Below are positions 18,692-30,730 of a stretch of 64,000 nt of DNA, in pieces. Position numbers and translations under genes: made by a program. Origin of the DNA: Alphaproteobacteria bacterium (GTDB lineage: Bacteria > Pseudomonadota > Alphaproteobacteria > SHVV01). The notes under the pieces are model-generated. The model was not told the origin of the DNA. It saw only the letters and a program-made list of their open reading frames with translations, and searched no databases. The DNA is taken from positions 2,304,001-2,368,000 of the forward strand of contig OZ253470.1 of assembly GCA_965261735.1 (NCBI GenBank). Direction: 5' to 3'. Each line of letters begins with the position of its first letter. Within the stretch, counting starts at the first letter, position 1.

Positions 18692-19207
18692 TCAGTTGCG
18701 CCGGCTGATGCGGGCCTCGAGCGCGCGCAGGTAGGCGCGGTCCGATTCGTCGAACTCGCCGTCGGCCAGGTCATCCTTGTAGCCCTCGAGCTCCTCCCGC
18801 GTCGCCTCGGCGATGTCGTCGCGCGCGAGCAGGCGCTCGATCGCGGCGAACACACCGGCGTCGCCTGGCGCCACGGGCGCGGGCTTGTCCTCGTCGGCGT
18901 CCGGCTCGTCCTCGTCGGCGTCCGGTTCGTCCTCGGCATCGTCCTCGTCGGTGTCCGGCTCGTCCTCGGTATCGTCCTTCTCGGCGTCCGGCTCGTCCTC
19001 GTCCTCGCCTTCGTCGGCGTCCGGCTCATCCTCGTTGGCGGGCGGCTCGCCCTCGTCTTCGCCGACCAGCAGCTCGTCCCACGACAGCCCGGCGGCGGTT
19101 AACGCGGCGTGGATTTCGCGCGCCGCGGCCAGGGCGTCCTCGTCGCTCTCGCTGCCGAGTCGCTCCAGCCGGCGCATCATCTCGTCTCTGTCGAGTCCCT
19201 CGCTCAT
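18692..19207 (-). CDS. Hypothetical protein with central acidic DEDEPD repeats
   Basis: Helical termini flank a D/E-rich repeat linker. Confidence 0.75.
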   Translation of the reverse strand: MSEGLDRDEMMRRLERLGSESDEDALAAAREIHAALTAAGLSWDELLVGEDEGEPPANEDEPDADEGEDEDEPDAEKDDTEDEPDTDEDDAEDEPDADEDEPDADEDKPAPVAPGDAGVFAAIERLLARDDIAEATREELEGYKDDLADGEFDESDRAYLRALEARISRRN

Positions 19208-19309
19208 GCCCGCCCCACCTTGCCGTGTGCGCCAAGCTTACTGTAGTGGCGGCGCCACCGCTACCGGGGCGCCACCACACTCGGCCCGGGACGGGCAAGG
19301 GGATGCGAG

Positions 19310-19822
19310 CTACGCGTGGCGCGACCGGGTCGTGCGCTGTCCGCTGATCCTGGGCCACACGAAGTGGTCGAGCGAGAGCGGCCCTGGTCCGCGAACGGCA
19401 ATGACGATCAGTAGGATCATCCAGTAATAGTGCGCGATGTTGTCGAAGGCGGGGTTGGCCGCACCGAGCGCGAACTGGATAACGAGCGCCATGGCCAGTA
19501 GCGGCAGGGCGGCGAGCCGGGTCGTGAAGCCGGCGACGAGCAGGACCGGCATCGCGAGCTCGAACGCGGTGGCGAACCCGGCGGCCAGCACCGGCGGCAG
19601 CACAGGCACCTGATACTCGAACTCGAACAGGAACACGGTGTTTTCCCAGCTGGCGATCTTGGTCAGTCCGGAGCTGAAGAACACCTGCGCCATCCACAGC
19701 CGCAGACCGAGGGCGAGGACGGGCTCGATCCACTTGTGCGCGAGCGCGCGCGCCGTTGCGAGCGCGGCCACCACGACGGCCGGCGCGGATGAGGAAATCA
19801 TGGGGGCGGGAGCGGTCGTCAT
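19310..19822 (-). CDS. DoxX family membrane protein (BufD-like)
   Basis: FFSSGLTK..W..T.FLFEFEY.VP, ELAMPVLL..GFTTRLAA and GPGPLSLD motifs. Confidence 0.92.
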   Translation of the reverse strand: MTTAPAPMISSSAPAVVVAALATARALAHKWIEPVLALGLRLWMAQVFFSSGLTKIASWENTVFLFEFEYQVPVLPPVLAAGFATAFELAMPVLLVAGFTTRLAALPLLAMALVIQFALGAANPAFDNIAHYYWMILLIVIAVRGPGPLSLDHFVWPRISGQRTTRSRHA

Positions 19823-19840
19823 GGGAGGTTCTCCTTCGAA

Positions 19841-20623
19841 TCAGTCGCCGCTGAAGGCACGGAAGGTGCCGTGGGTGAGGTGGTGGAGGAGCGATCCCAG
19901 GAGATCGAAATCGGGGGTCGAGCGCTGCGCGGCCTGCGCCGCCCGCTCGAGCGTGACGCCGGCGGTCAGCGCCAGGAGGAAGGTGAAATCGCCGTTCGCT
20001 AGGCTCTCGTGCCGGACGTGGGCCTGGGGACGAATGACGAGGATTCGCATCGCCGCGCCGGAGGGCTCGATCGCCGGGTCCGGCACCTCACTTCCCTGAT
20101 GCGCCTGCCAAATCCCGTCGACGGCAAAGCGCGAGGCGATGAATGCCGCGGAGGGGTGGAGCTCGAACTTGAGCGCGGCGTAGCTCGCGGGCGGGACGTC
20201 GCGTAGATGCCAGGCCGTGAGGGGTTCGGCGTCGGCGGCGAAGTAGGCGACATTGTGGGCCCATTCGAGGCGTGCGAGGTCAGCGAGAAAGGGCGTGCTG
20301 CGGGCCGGCTCGAAGGCGTCGAGGAAGTCGGCAAAGCGGTCCCCGTAGGCCGAGAGCTGCGGCCTGCGCGGCGGATGAGCGCGGACGTACCGGTATGCGG
20401 CAACGCGGAAATTGGCCGCGCCGACGACTTTGGAGAGCACCGGATAGGCGGCGCCGAGGACCGAGATGAGCGAAGCGAGCGTATTGTTGCGGTAGATCGC
20501 GAGGCGCTCGCCGGCCGCGACGGAGCCGTCGGCGACCAGATCGGTCAGTAAGGCGCCATCCGCGGCCATGCCGTCCGTCTCGAAGGCGGCGCACCGAAAG
20601 GCCTCCTGCAGCTCATGCAGCAT
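19841..20623 (-). CDS. DUF2063 protein (MNIO partner, BufC-like)
   Basis: RLAIYRNN, YP...VVG..NF, YGD.FADFL and LADLARLEWA motifs. Confidence 0.9.
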   Translation of the reverse strand: MLHELQEAFRCAAFETDGMAADGALLTDLVADGSVAAGERLAIYRNNTLASLISVLGAAYPVLSKVVGAANFRVAAYRYVRAHPPRRPQLSAYGDRFADFLDAFEPARSTPFLADLARLEWAHNVAYFAADAEPLTAWHLRDVPPASYAALKFELHPSAAFIASRFAVDGIWQAHQGSEVPDPAIEPSGAAMRILVIRPQAHVRHESLANGDFTFLLALTAGVTLERAAQAAQRSTPDFDLLGSLLHHLTHGTFRAFSGD

Positions 20624-21168
20624 CACGGCCTCGCGCGTGGCTGCGCGCCGCGTCGAGGGCGCCGTCGGCCTGGCGCGCTTCGGCCAGGAGTTCGCCGAGC
20701 GGCGGGATGTTGGTGTCGCGCTCGATGAGGGTTGGTACCGGGCCGAGCCGGCGCAGCGTCGCCTCGAACAATCGCCACACTCGCGAGTCGATCGGCGATC
20801 CGTGGTCGTCGATGAGGACCTCTTCCTCGCCGACCCGCTTGACGGCATGGCCGGCCAGGTGAACCTCGCGGACGGCCTCGCCGGGGATGGCGTGGAGATA
20901 GCGCTCGGCGTCGAACCCCAGGTTCGAGGCGCTGACATGAATGTTGTTGACGTCGAGCAGGAGGGCGCAGCCGGTGCGGCGCACGACCTCGGCGAGGAAC
21001 TCGGGCTCGGGCATCGTCGAGTGGGTGAAGGCTATGTAGGATGAGGGGTTCTCGATCAGGATCTGGCGTGCGAGTCGGTCCTGGGCATTGTCGACATTAC
21101 GGCAAACGACGGCGAGCGCTTCCGCGGTATAGGGGAGCGGCAACAGGTCGTTGAGGTAGATACCATGG
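20613..21168 (-). pseudogene. DUF692 multinuclear non-heme iron enzyme (BufB-like), 5'-truncated by IS1595
   Basis: YLNDLLPLPY, IENPSSY, LLDVNNIHVS, EVHLAGH, IDDHG and LIERD motifs; N-terminal part absent. Confidence 0.9.
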
Positions 21169-22266
21169 CTATCCGGTTTACACCCACACCCACTAGGGCT
21201 AGAATGGGCGCAACCCGGATATAGGGGAGCGCCATGGATGTTCTCGACCGCGCCGATCTCCCATTCCCGCATTCGCTACCCGAGTTCCAGCGACTTTTCC
21301 CCGATGATGCGGCCTGCGCCGCCTACCTGGAGAAAGCCCGCTGGGGAGACGGCTTTGCCTGCCCGCACTGCGGCACGGCGGGAGAGCCGTTCCACTTTGA
21401 AAACCGCCCTGGCGTCCTGCGCTGCCGCAAGTGCCGCCAGAACACCGGGCTGACGGTGGGAACAGTGATGGAGCGTAGCCACACTCCGCTGAACGTCTGG
21501 TTCTGGGCCGCTTATCTGGTCGCCAGTCAGACGCCCGGCATGTCCGCCGTGCAGTTTCAGCGGCAACTTGGTCTTTCGCGCTACGAGACGGCCTTTCAAA
21601 TTCTCCACAAGCTCCGCTCGGGCATGGTGCGGCCCAACCAAGACAGGATCGGTGGACAGCCCAAGAACCATGTTGAGGTGGACGAAACCTGGGTTGGCGG
21701 GCGAACGCGTGGGGAAGGCCGTGGTGTTCACCGCAAGGTTCCCGTCTCCTGTGCCATCGAGGTGCGTCATCGAAAGCCGGGCACCAAGCTCGACAACCGG
21801 AAAGACGGACGCTATGCCGGACGCGTTCGGCTCGCCGTCGTGCTCGACCGTAGCGCCGAGTCGCTCTGTGGGTTCGTCGAGAGCACCGTCGCGCCGCGAT
21901 CGCTGATCGTTACTGACGATTGGAGCGGCTATGCTGGCCTCGGTAAGCGCGGCTATGAGCACTTCGCTGTTGCCGAGTGTGGTGATCCAGAGGTTGCCGA
22001 GCAATACCTGCCGATCATCCATCTGGTTTTCGCCAACTTGAAGACGTGGCTGATCGGTATCCACCACGGCGTTAGCCACCAGCACCTACAAGCCTACCTC
22101 AACGAGTTCACCTTCCGCTTCAACAGGCGGTTCTACCCGTTCAACGCCTTCCGCTCATTGCTCGGCATCGCGGGCGACACCTCTGCTCCAACCTATGCCG
22201 AGCTTTACTCGGGAGAGTGGCGGCACCCTACATGTAGCGGTCATGGGCGTTAACCGGATAGGCAAG
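21169..22266 (+). mobile_element. IS1595-family (ISSod11 group) copy 2; left TIR clipped
   Basis: Right TIR TGGGCGTTAACCGGATAGGCAAG; left end lacks the outer CTTGC; no TSD. Confidence 0.93.
21234..22253 (+). CDS. IS1595-family transposase (intact ORF)
   Basis: Zn ribbon CPHC..CRKC; VEVDE, TDD and IHLVF (DDH type); YLNEFTFRFNRR. Confidence 0.95.
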   Translation: MDVLDRADLPFPHSLPEFQRLFPDDAACAAYLEKARWGDGFACPHCGTAGEPFHFENRPGVLRCRKCRQNTGLTVGTVMERSHTPLNVWFWAAYLVASQTPGMSAVQFQRQLGLSRYETAFQILHKLRSGMVRPNQDRIGGQPKNHVEVDETWVGGRTRGEGRGVHRKVPVSCAIEVRHRKPGTKLDNRKDGRYAGRVRLAVVLDRSAESLCGFVESTVAPRSLIVTDDWSGYAGLGKRGYEHFAVAECGDPEVAEQYLPIIHLVFANLKTWLIGIHHGVSHQHLQAYLNEFTFRFNRRFYPFNAFRSLLGIAGDTSAPTYAELYSGEWRHPTCSGHGR

Positions 22267-22298
22267 CAAGCAATTACTAAGGTGCAAGCAATTACTAA
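22266..22298. repeat. 15-bp direct repeat GCAAGCAATTACTAA x2
   Basis: Copies at 22266-22280 and 22284-22298. Confidence 0.8.
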
Positions 22299-22313
22299 AC
22301 TGTTCGGCTTTTA

Positions 22314-22357
22314 ATGCCTAAGCGCACCGACATCGAATCGATTCTGATCGTCGGCGC
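22314..22357 (+). repeat. Duplicate of the first 44 bp of carB
   Basis: First 35 nt identical and 41/44 overall with 23098-23141 ([14 protein letters not shown] vs [14 protein letters not shown]). Confidence 0.92.
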
Positions 22358-22368
22358 AGTTGCCGAGT

Positions 22369-22406
22369 CCCCTCCCCCCTTGTGGGGGAGGGTTAGGGAG
22401 GGGGGG
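22369..22406. repeat. Hairpin-plus-tail repeat, left of the DUF559 gene
   Basis: CCCCTCCCCCCTTGTGGGGGAGGGTTAGGGAGGGGGGG. Confidence 0.88.
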
Positions 22407-22417
22407 ATGATTAACCA

Positions 22418-22750
22418 ATGGTCAGCAAAATCGCTCGGCAGCTCCGCACGAACCTCACCGAGGCCGATCAGCGGCTATGGTCACGGCTCCGGCGCCGACA
22501 ACTCGGCGGATGTTATTTTCGGCGCCAAGCCCCTATCGGAGATTACATCGTCGACTTTGCCTGCTTCGAGCGGAATCTCGTGGTCGAGGTGGACGGCGGC
22601 CAGCATACGGAGCGGGTGGCGCAAGACACAAAAAGGTCCGAGTGGCTCGAGAGCCAGGGCTACAGGGTCCTTCGCTTTTGGAACAATGACGTGCTCCAGA
22701 ACGTGGACGGGGTCGTGGACACGATTCTGGCGGCGCTTCGGGAACCATAA
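22418..22750 (+). CDS. DUF559 (Vsr-like, PD-(D/E)XK) endonuclease
   Basis: ARQLR.N.TEA...LW..LR, FRRQAPIG.YIVDF, EVDGGQH and GYRVLRFWN motifs. Confidence 0.93.
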   Translation: MVSKIARQLRTNLTEADQRLWSRLRRRQLGGCYFRRQAPIGDYIVDFACFERNLVVEVDGGQHTERVAQDTKRSEWLESQGYRVLRFWNNDVLQNVDGVVDTILAALREP

Positions 22751-22753
22751 GAA

Positions 22754-22793
22754 CACCCCCTCCCTAACCCTCCCCCATCAACAAGGGGGAGGG
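22754..22793. repeat. Tail-plus-hairpin repeat, right of the DUF559 gene
   Basis: CACCCCCTCCCTAACCCTCCCCCATCAACAAGGGGGAGGG; inverted relative to 22369-22406; same ATCAACAA loop as 13294-13331. Confidence 0.88.
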
Positions 22794-22819
22794 AGCAGGC
22801 TCTGACGTCGCCCGCGACT

Positions 22820-23041
22820 TTATTCCCTGCGTTCAAAGTCGAGCGGCGTCGTGGTACCTGTGCGCACTTCCGCCAAGGCTTCATCGGCGAGCCTAGCCAG
22901 AACGTCCTGAGAATCAGCGAATGCCTTGGCCCAGCGCTTTTCCGAACGCAGTTCATCGAGTATGAAGACGGCTAGCTCGCACTGCTCTTCGGGCGCAAGC
23001 TTGGCGGCTTCGTCTAGAACCTTCTTCAGCAACGTGTTCAT
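22820..23041 (-). CDS. Small antitoxin-like protein (orphan)
   Basis: MNTLLKK..KL..EEQ...[23 protein letters not shown]...G.T.PLD pattern, recalled from proteins paired with RelE/ParE-like toxins. Confidence 0.65.
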   Translation of the reverse strand: MNTLLKKVLDEAAKLAPEEQCELAVFILDELRSEKRWAKAFADSQDVLARLADEALAEVRTGTTTPLDFERRE

Positions 23042-23097
23042 GTGGCGCGGTATACAGCGACACACTACCCCCCGCGAGCGATAGGGGGGCGATGGCC

Positions 23098-26346
<3,249 letters not shown>

Positions 26347-26415
26347 TAGGCGGAAGGGATCGGGCGCCGCCCGCTCTGACCGCGGGCGAGCTAGGTCCGT
26401 CCAGGGACTGGTGAC

Positions 26416-26889
26416 ATGGACAAAGAGCCGATGACTCCGGCGGGGTTCGAGCGCCTGCAGCAGGAAGTCAAACACCTCAAGACCGTCGAGCGGCCGGCCT
26501 TGATGAAGGCGCTCGAGGAAGCCCGCAGCTACGGCGACATCTCGGAGAACGCGGAGTATCACGCGGCCAAGGAGCGCCAGGGCTTTATCGAGGGCCGGGT
26601 TTATGAGCTCGAGGACAAGCTGCGCCGCGCGGAGGTCATCGACGTAACCAAGCTGTCAGGCAGCGGCATCAAGTTCGGCGCCACCATCAGGCTCGCCGAC
26701 GAGGATACGAACGCCAAGGTGACTTACCAGATCGTCGGCGCGCTCGAGGCCGACATCAAGGAAGGCCGGCTGTCGATCACCTCGCCGCTCGCACGGGCGC
26801 TGATCGGCAAGTCCAAGGGAGATTCGGTCGAGGTCAGCACCCCCGGCGGCTTCAAGTCCTACGAAATCGTCTCGGTGAAGTACGGTTGA
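26416..26889 (+). CDS. greA: Transcription elongation factor GreA
   Basis: [14 protein letters not shown] and [10 protein letters not shown] motifs. Confidence 0.97.
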   Translation: MDKEPMTPAGFERLQQEVKHLKTVERPALMKALEEARSYGDISENAEYHAAKERQGFIEGRVYELEDKLRRAEVIDVTKLSGSGIKFGATIRLADEDTNAKVTYQIVGALEADIKEGRLSITSPLARALIGKSKGDSVEVSTPGGFKSYEIVSVKYG

Positions 26890-26931
26890 GCGTGGCCGTT
26901 GCGGCGCCCGTCCGCGTGGTCGCGAGCGCCG

Positions 26932-27402
26932 CTACTCGAGCGGCACGCCGGGCAGGCGTTTGGACGCACGAATGGCGAGCGAGCTCTTGACTTGACCGAC
27001 GTTGGGTGCGGCCGTGAGCTCGGTGGTCAGGAAGACCTGGTAGGTGTCCCAGTCGGGCGACACGATCTTGAGCTGGAAGTCGGCCTCCCCGGCCAACATG
27101 TAGCACTCGCGCACCATCGGCCACGTCGCCACCAGCCGCTCGAAGGCCACGAGATCCGACTCGGCCTGGCTCTTGAGGCCGACCTGGGCGAACACGGTGA
27201 CGCCGTAGCCCAGCGCCTGGTCGTTGAGGTCGGCGTGGTAGCCGCGGATGTAACCCGCCTCTTCGAGTGCGCGCACCCGCCTGAGGCACGGCGGAGCCGA
27301 AATCCCGGCGCGGCGGGCGAGTTCGACGTTGGTGATCCGGCCGGTGTCCTGCAGATCGCGTAGGATGCGACGATCGATCTCGTCGAGCTTCACGCGCGCC
27401 AT
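26932..27402 (-). CDS. Lrp/AsnC family transcriptional regulator
   Basis: LDEIDRRIL..LQ..GRITNVELA..SAPPCLRRVRALE. Confidence 0.93.
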   Translation of the reverse strand: MARVKLDEIDRRILRDLQDTGRITNVELARRAGISAPPCLRRVRALEEAGYIRGYHADLNDQALGYGVTVFAQVGLKSQAESDLVAFERLVATWPMVRECYMLAGEADFQLKIVSPDWDTYQVFLTTELTAAPNVGQVKSSLAIRASKRLPGVPLE

Positions 27403-27509
27403 GGTTTCTCCCACCGTGCCGCGGGCGTCTTTATAACATTGTTTCGCATGCGAGTAATGATATTTCGCGTTCTCGCGAATCCGCGCAACGACGCACAACA
27501 GGTGCCACG

Positions 27510-28535
27510 TTGCTGAAGGAAACTCCACCTTCGGACCGCGCCGCGGACCACGACGCCGGCGGGGCGAGTCGCACCTGCTGGGTCGTCACCGACGGCAAGG
27601 CGGGCACGCAGAACCAGTGTGTCGGGCTCGCGGAGGCGGTCGGCCTGCCGACCACCGTGAAGCGGATACGGCCGCGGGCACCGTGGCGGTTCCTGCCGCC
27701 CCGGCTCTGGGCGGCGCTGCTCGGGAATGATCCGACGCGAACGCTCGCGCCCGACAGCGACACCCTGTTGCCACCGTGGCCGAGCCTCCTCATCGCCGCC
27801 GGTCGTGCCAGCGTTCCCTACGCCATTGCATTGGGCCGGTTTAGCGCCGGCACCACGTATCGGGTCCAGCTGCAGAACCCGCGGGTGCCCTCGCGCTTGT
27901 TCGATCTCGTGGTGCCGCCGCGGCACGACCGCGTCTCGGGCGCCAACGTTTTGGCGACTCGCGGCGCGCTCCACCGGGTGACGGCCGAGCGCCTCGCCGC
28001 GGACGCCGCCCGCGTCGCCCCGAGCCTCGCGCACCTACCGCGGCCGCTGGTGGCGGTCCTCATCGGCGGCGCCAACAAGTACTACCGGCTAACGCCACGG
28101 GTCGCGCAACGCCTTGCGGCGCAGCTCGCGGGCCTGTGCCGCGAGGCTGGCGCGGGGCTTGCGGTAACTCCATCGCGGCGCACCGGGCTCGAAAATGCAG
28201 CCCTGTTGCGCGCACACCTCGGCGACGCCCCGGCCGTCGTCTGGGACGGCACCGGCGACAACCCCTATTTCGGCTACCTCGGGCTCGCCGACGCCGTCGT
28301 CGTGAGCCCCGATTCGGTCTCGATGGCCTCGGAGGCGTGCGCCACCGGCAAGCCGGTCTACGTCATCGAGCTCGAAGGCAGCGGGCGCAAGTTCCGCGCG
28401 TTCCACGAGGCGCTGCACCGCGACGGCCTGACCCGGCCCTTCTCGGGGAGGCTCGACAGCTGGAGCTACACGCCTCTCGACGACACCGCGGCCGTGGCCG
28501 CCGAGGTCAAGCGCCGCATGGGCCTGCCGGTGTGA
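27510..28535 (+). CDS. ELM1 (mitochondrial fission-like) family protein
   Basis: TDGKAG..NQC.GLAEA, NPYFGYL and DSVSMASEA..TGKPV motifs. Confidence 0.9.
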   Translation: MLKETPPSDRAADHDAGGASRTCWVVTDGKAGTQNQCVGLAEAVGLPTTVKRIRPRAPWRFLPPRLWAALLGNDPTRTLAPDSDTLLPPWPSLLIAAGRASVPYAIALGRFSAGTTYRVQLQNPRVPSRLFDLVVPPRHDRVSGANVLATRGALHRVTAERLAADAARVAPSLAHLPRPLVAVLIGGANKYYRLTPRVAQRLAAQLAGLCREAGAGLAVTPSRRTGLENAALLRAHLGDAPAVVWDGTGDNPYFGYLGLADAVVVSPDSVSMASEACATGKPVYVIELEGSGRKFRAFHEALHRDGLTRPFSGRLDSWSYTPLDDTAAVAAEVKRRMGLPV

Positions 28536-28656
28536 GCGCGGCCTGAAAGCGGCCGCGGCGGGACGCCGCCGGCGCGATGGTCTTGCGCGGCTCGCGCCGG
28601 GCTCGTAAATAAGGATCATCCGCGCACGTCGGTGTACTTACGCCCAGGAGACGGAC

Positions 28657-29625
28657 ATGTCCCACCACCGCCACGCCAAGGTCCTGATCCTGGGATCGGG
28701 TCCGGCCGGCTACACCGCAGCGGTCTACGCCGCCCGCGCCGGCGTGAATCCGATGCTCGTGCAAGGCATGCAACCCGGCGGCCAGATGACGATCACCACC
28801 GACGTCGAGAACTACCCGGGCTTTGCCGACGTGATCCAGGGTCCCTGGCTGATGGAGCAAATGGAGGTCCAGGCCAAGCACGTCGGCACCCAGATGGTGC
28901 AGGATGTCGTCGTCGCGGTCGATCTCAGCCAGCGCCCGTTTCGCTGCACAGGTGATTCGGGCGATACCTACAGCGCCGATGCACTGATCATTTCCACCGG
29001 AGCGCAGGCGCGCTGGCTCGGGCTCGAGGGCGAGGAGCGATTCCAGGGGCACGGCCTCTCGGCCTGCGCGACCTGCGACGGATTCTTCTTCCGCGGTGAG
29101 GAAGTAGCGGTCATCGGCGGCGGCAACACCGCGGCCGAGGAGGCGCTGTTTCTCACCAACCATGCGAGCCGCGTCACACTCGTGCATCGCCGCGACCGCC
29201 TGCGTGCGGAAAAGATCCTGCAGGAGCGCGTCTTCGCGAACCCCAAGATCGATATCGTTTGGGATCACGTGGTGGACGAGATTCTCGGCACCGATGAGCC
29301 GCCGGCGGTGACGGGCGCGCGGCTGCGCCACGTCAAGACGGGCGCCTTGCGTGAGCTGCCGATTGGCGGGCTGTTTATCGCCATCGGCCACGACCCCAAT
29401 ACGGCGCTCTTTCGCGGCCAGGTCGCGATGGCCGAGGACGGCTATATCCTGACCGCGGGCGACTCGACGGCGACCAACGTGCCTGGCGTCTTCGCCGCCG
29501 GCGACGTCCAGGACCGGGTGTTTCGCCAGGCCGTCACCGCCGCCGGCACCGGGTGCATGGCGGCGATCGAGGCCGAGAAGTTCATCTCCGAACACGCGGA
29601 CACGGCTGCGGCCGCGGCCGAATAG
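28657..29625 (+). CDS. trxB: Thioredoxin reductase
   Basis: GSGPAGYTAA, CATCDGFF and GGGNTA motifs. Confidence 0.97.
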   Translation: MSHHRHAKVLILGSGPAGYTAAVYAARAGVNPMLVQGMQPGGQMTITTDVENYPGFADVIQGPWLMEQMEVQAKHVGTQMVQDVVVAVDLSQRPFRCTGDSGDTYSADALIISTGAQARWLGLEGEERFQGHGLSACATCDGFFFRGEEVAVIGGGNTAAEEALFLTNHASRVTLVHRRDRLRAEKILQERVFANPKIDIVWDHVVDEILGTDEPPAVTGARLRHVKTGALRELPIGGLFIAIGHDPNTALFRGQVAMAEDGYILTAGDSTATNVPGVFAAGDVQDRVFRQAVTAAGTGCMAAIEAEKFISEHADTAAAAAE

Positions 29626-29670
29626 CGTGGATCGATTTCGCCCGCGGGCGGGCGAAGACAGCCTGAAATC

Positions 29671-30558
29671 ATGGACTGGGACAAGCTCAGGATCTTTCAC
29701 GCGGTCGCCCGCGCCGGCAGCTTCACCGGCGCCGGCACGGTGCTTAACCTGAGCCAATCCGCGATCAGCCGCCAGGTCAGCGCGCTCGAGCAGAGCCTGG
29801 ATGTCGTGCTGTTTCATCGCCACGCGCGCGGCATCATTCTGACCGAGCAAGGAGAGACGCTCTATCGGACCGCGCAAGAGGTATCGACCCGGCTGTTGAT
29901 GGCCCAGGCGGCGCTCAGCGAGGCGGCCGAGATGCCGAGCGGGGAGCTTCGCATCACCACCACCGTCGCCTTCGGCTCGACCTGGCTCACGCCGCGCATC
30001 GGCGAGTTTCTCGACCTTTATCCCGACATCTCCGTGACACTGCTGGTCGAAGACCGCGAGCTCGACCTCGGCATGCGCGAGGCCGACATAGCGATCCGCA
30101 TGAGGAGGGCGGCCCACCCCGACCTCGTGCAGCGCCGACTGCTGACCGTGCACAACCATATGTACGCCTCGCCCGAGTACCTTCAGCGCTACGGCCGACC
30201 CCAGACGGTGGCCGATCTCGACCAGCACCGGGTTCTCGGCTGGGGCGACGTGCCGGCGCCGGTGGGCGACGTCAACTGGCTGGTCACGATGGGGAATCGG
30301 CTGAAGACCGCTCGCCGTCCCGTCCTGACCGTGAACAATGGATACGGGCTGCTGTTGGCGGTCGAAAGTGGCATCGGGATCGCCGCGCTGCCCGACTACA
30401 TGGTGCGCGCGAATTCCCGCGTCACGCGCATCCTACCGGAAATCGAGGGCCCGGTTCACGACACCTACTTCGTGTACCCCGAAGAGCTGCGGCACACGAA
30501 ACGGATCGCCATCTTCCGCGACTTCCTGCTCGACAAGGTCGCGGACTGGGAGTTCTAA
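29671..30558 (+). CDS. LysR family regulator (LsrB/VtlR-like by trxB synteny)
   Basis: MDWDKLRIFH..SQSAISRQ..LFHRHARG; C-terminal FRDFL..W.F. Confidence 0.92.
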   Translation: MDWDKLRIFHAVARAGSFTGAGTVLNLSQSAISRQVSALEQSLDVVLFHRHARGIILTEQGETLYRTAQEVSTRLLMAQAALSEAAEMPSGELRITTTVAFGSTWLTPRIGEFLDLYPDISVTLLVEDRELDLGMREADIAIRMRRAAHPDLVQRRLLTVHNHMYASPEYLQRYGRPQTVADLDQHRVLGWGDVPAPVGDVNWLVTMGNRLKTARRPVLTVNNGYGLLLAVESGIGIAALPDYMVRANSRVTRILPEIEGPVHDTYFVYPEELRHTKRIAIFRDFLLDKVADWEF

Positions 30559-30673
30559 GGCGCCCTGCGCCGAGATACCAAGTATCCCGAGATTATTAGC
30601 AGCGGCCAAGTTCAAGGGGGATAGAATCTCTGGAGGTCTGAGCGACACGCTCGAGCACGACGCCTAATCTGGA

Positions 30674-30705
30674 CAAAGGGCCGATCCCTTGGGATCGGCC
30701 CTTTG
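30674..30705. terminator. Hairpin between convergent genes, likely terminator
   Basis: Perfect 15-bp inverted repeat CAAAGGGCCGATCCC-TT-GGGATCGGCCCTTTG. Confidence 0.75.
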
Positions 30706-30730
30706 CTGTGTGTTGCCGCGGCCGGCCGCG

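Noticed and set aside
21276-22085. 269-aa antisense ORF conserved in the IS1595 copies
   Set aside because: Conservation reflects near-identical IS copies; no independent evidence of coding.
22314-22805. 163-aa ORF beginning with the CarB N-terminus
   Set aside because: Only about 15 codons are CarB-like. The rest is repeat sequence and an off-frame reading of DUF559, so it is treated as a duplication scar.
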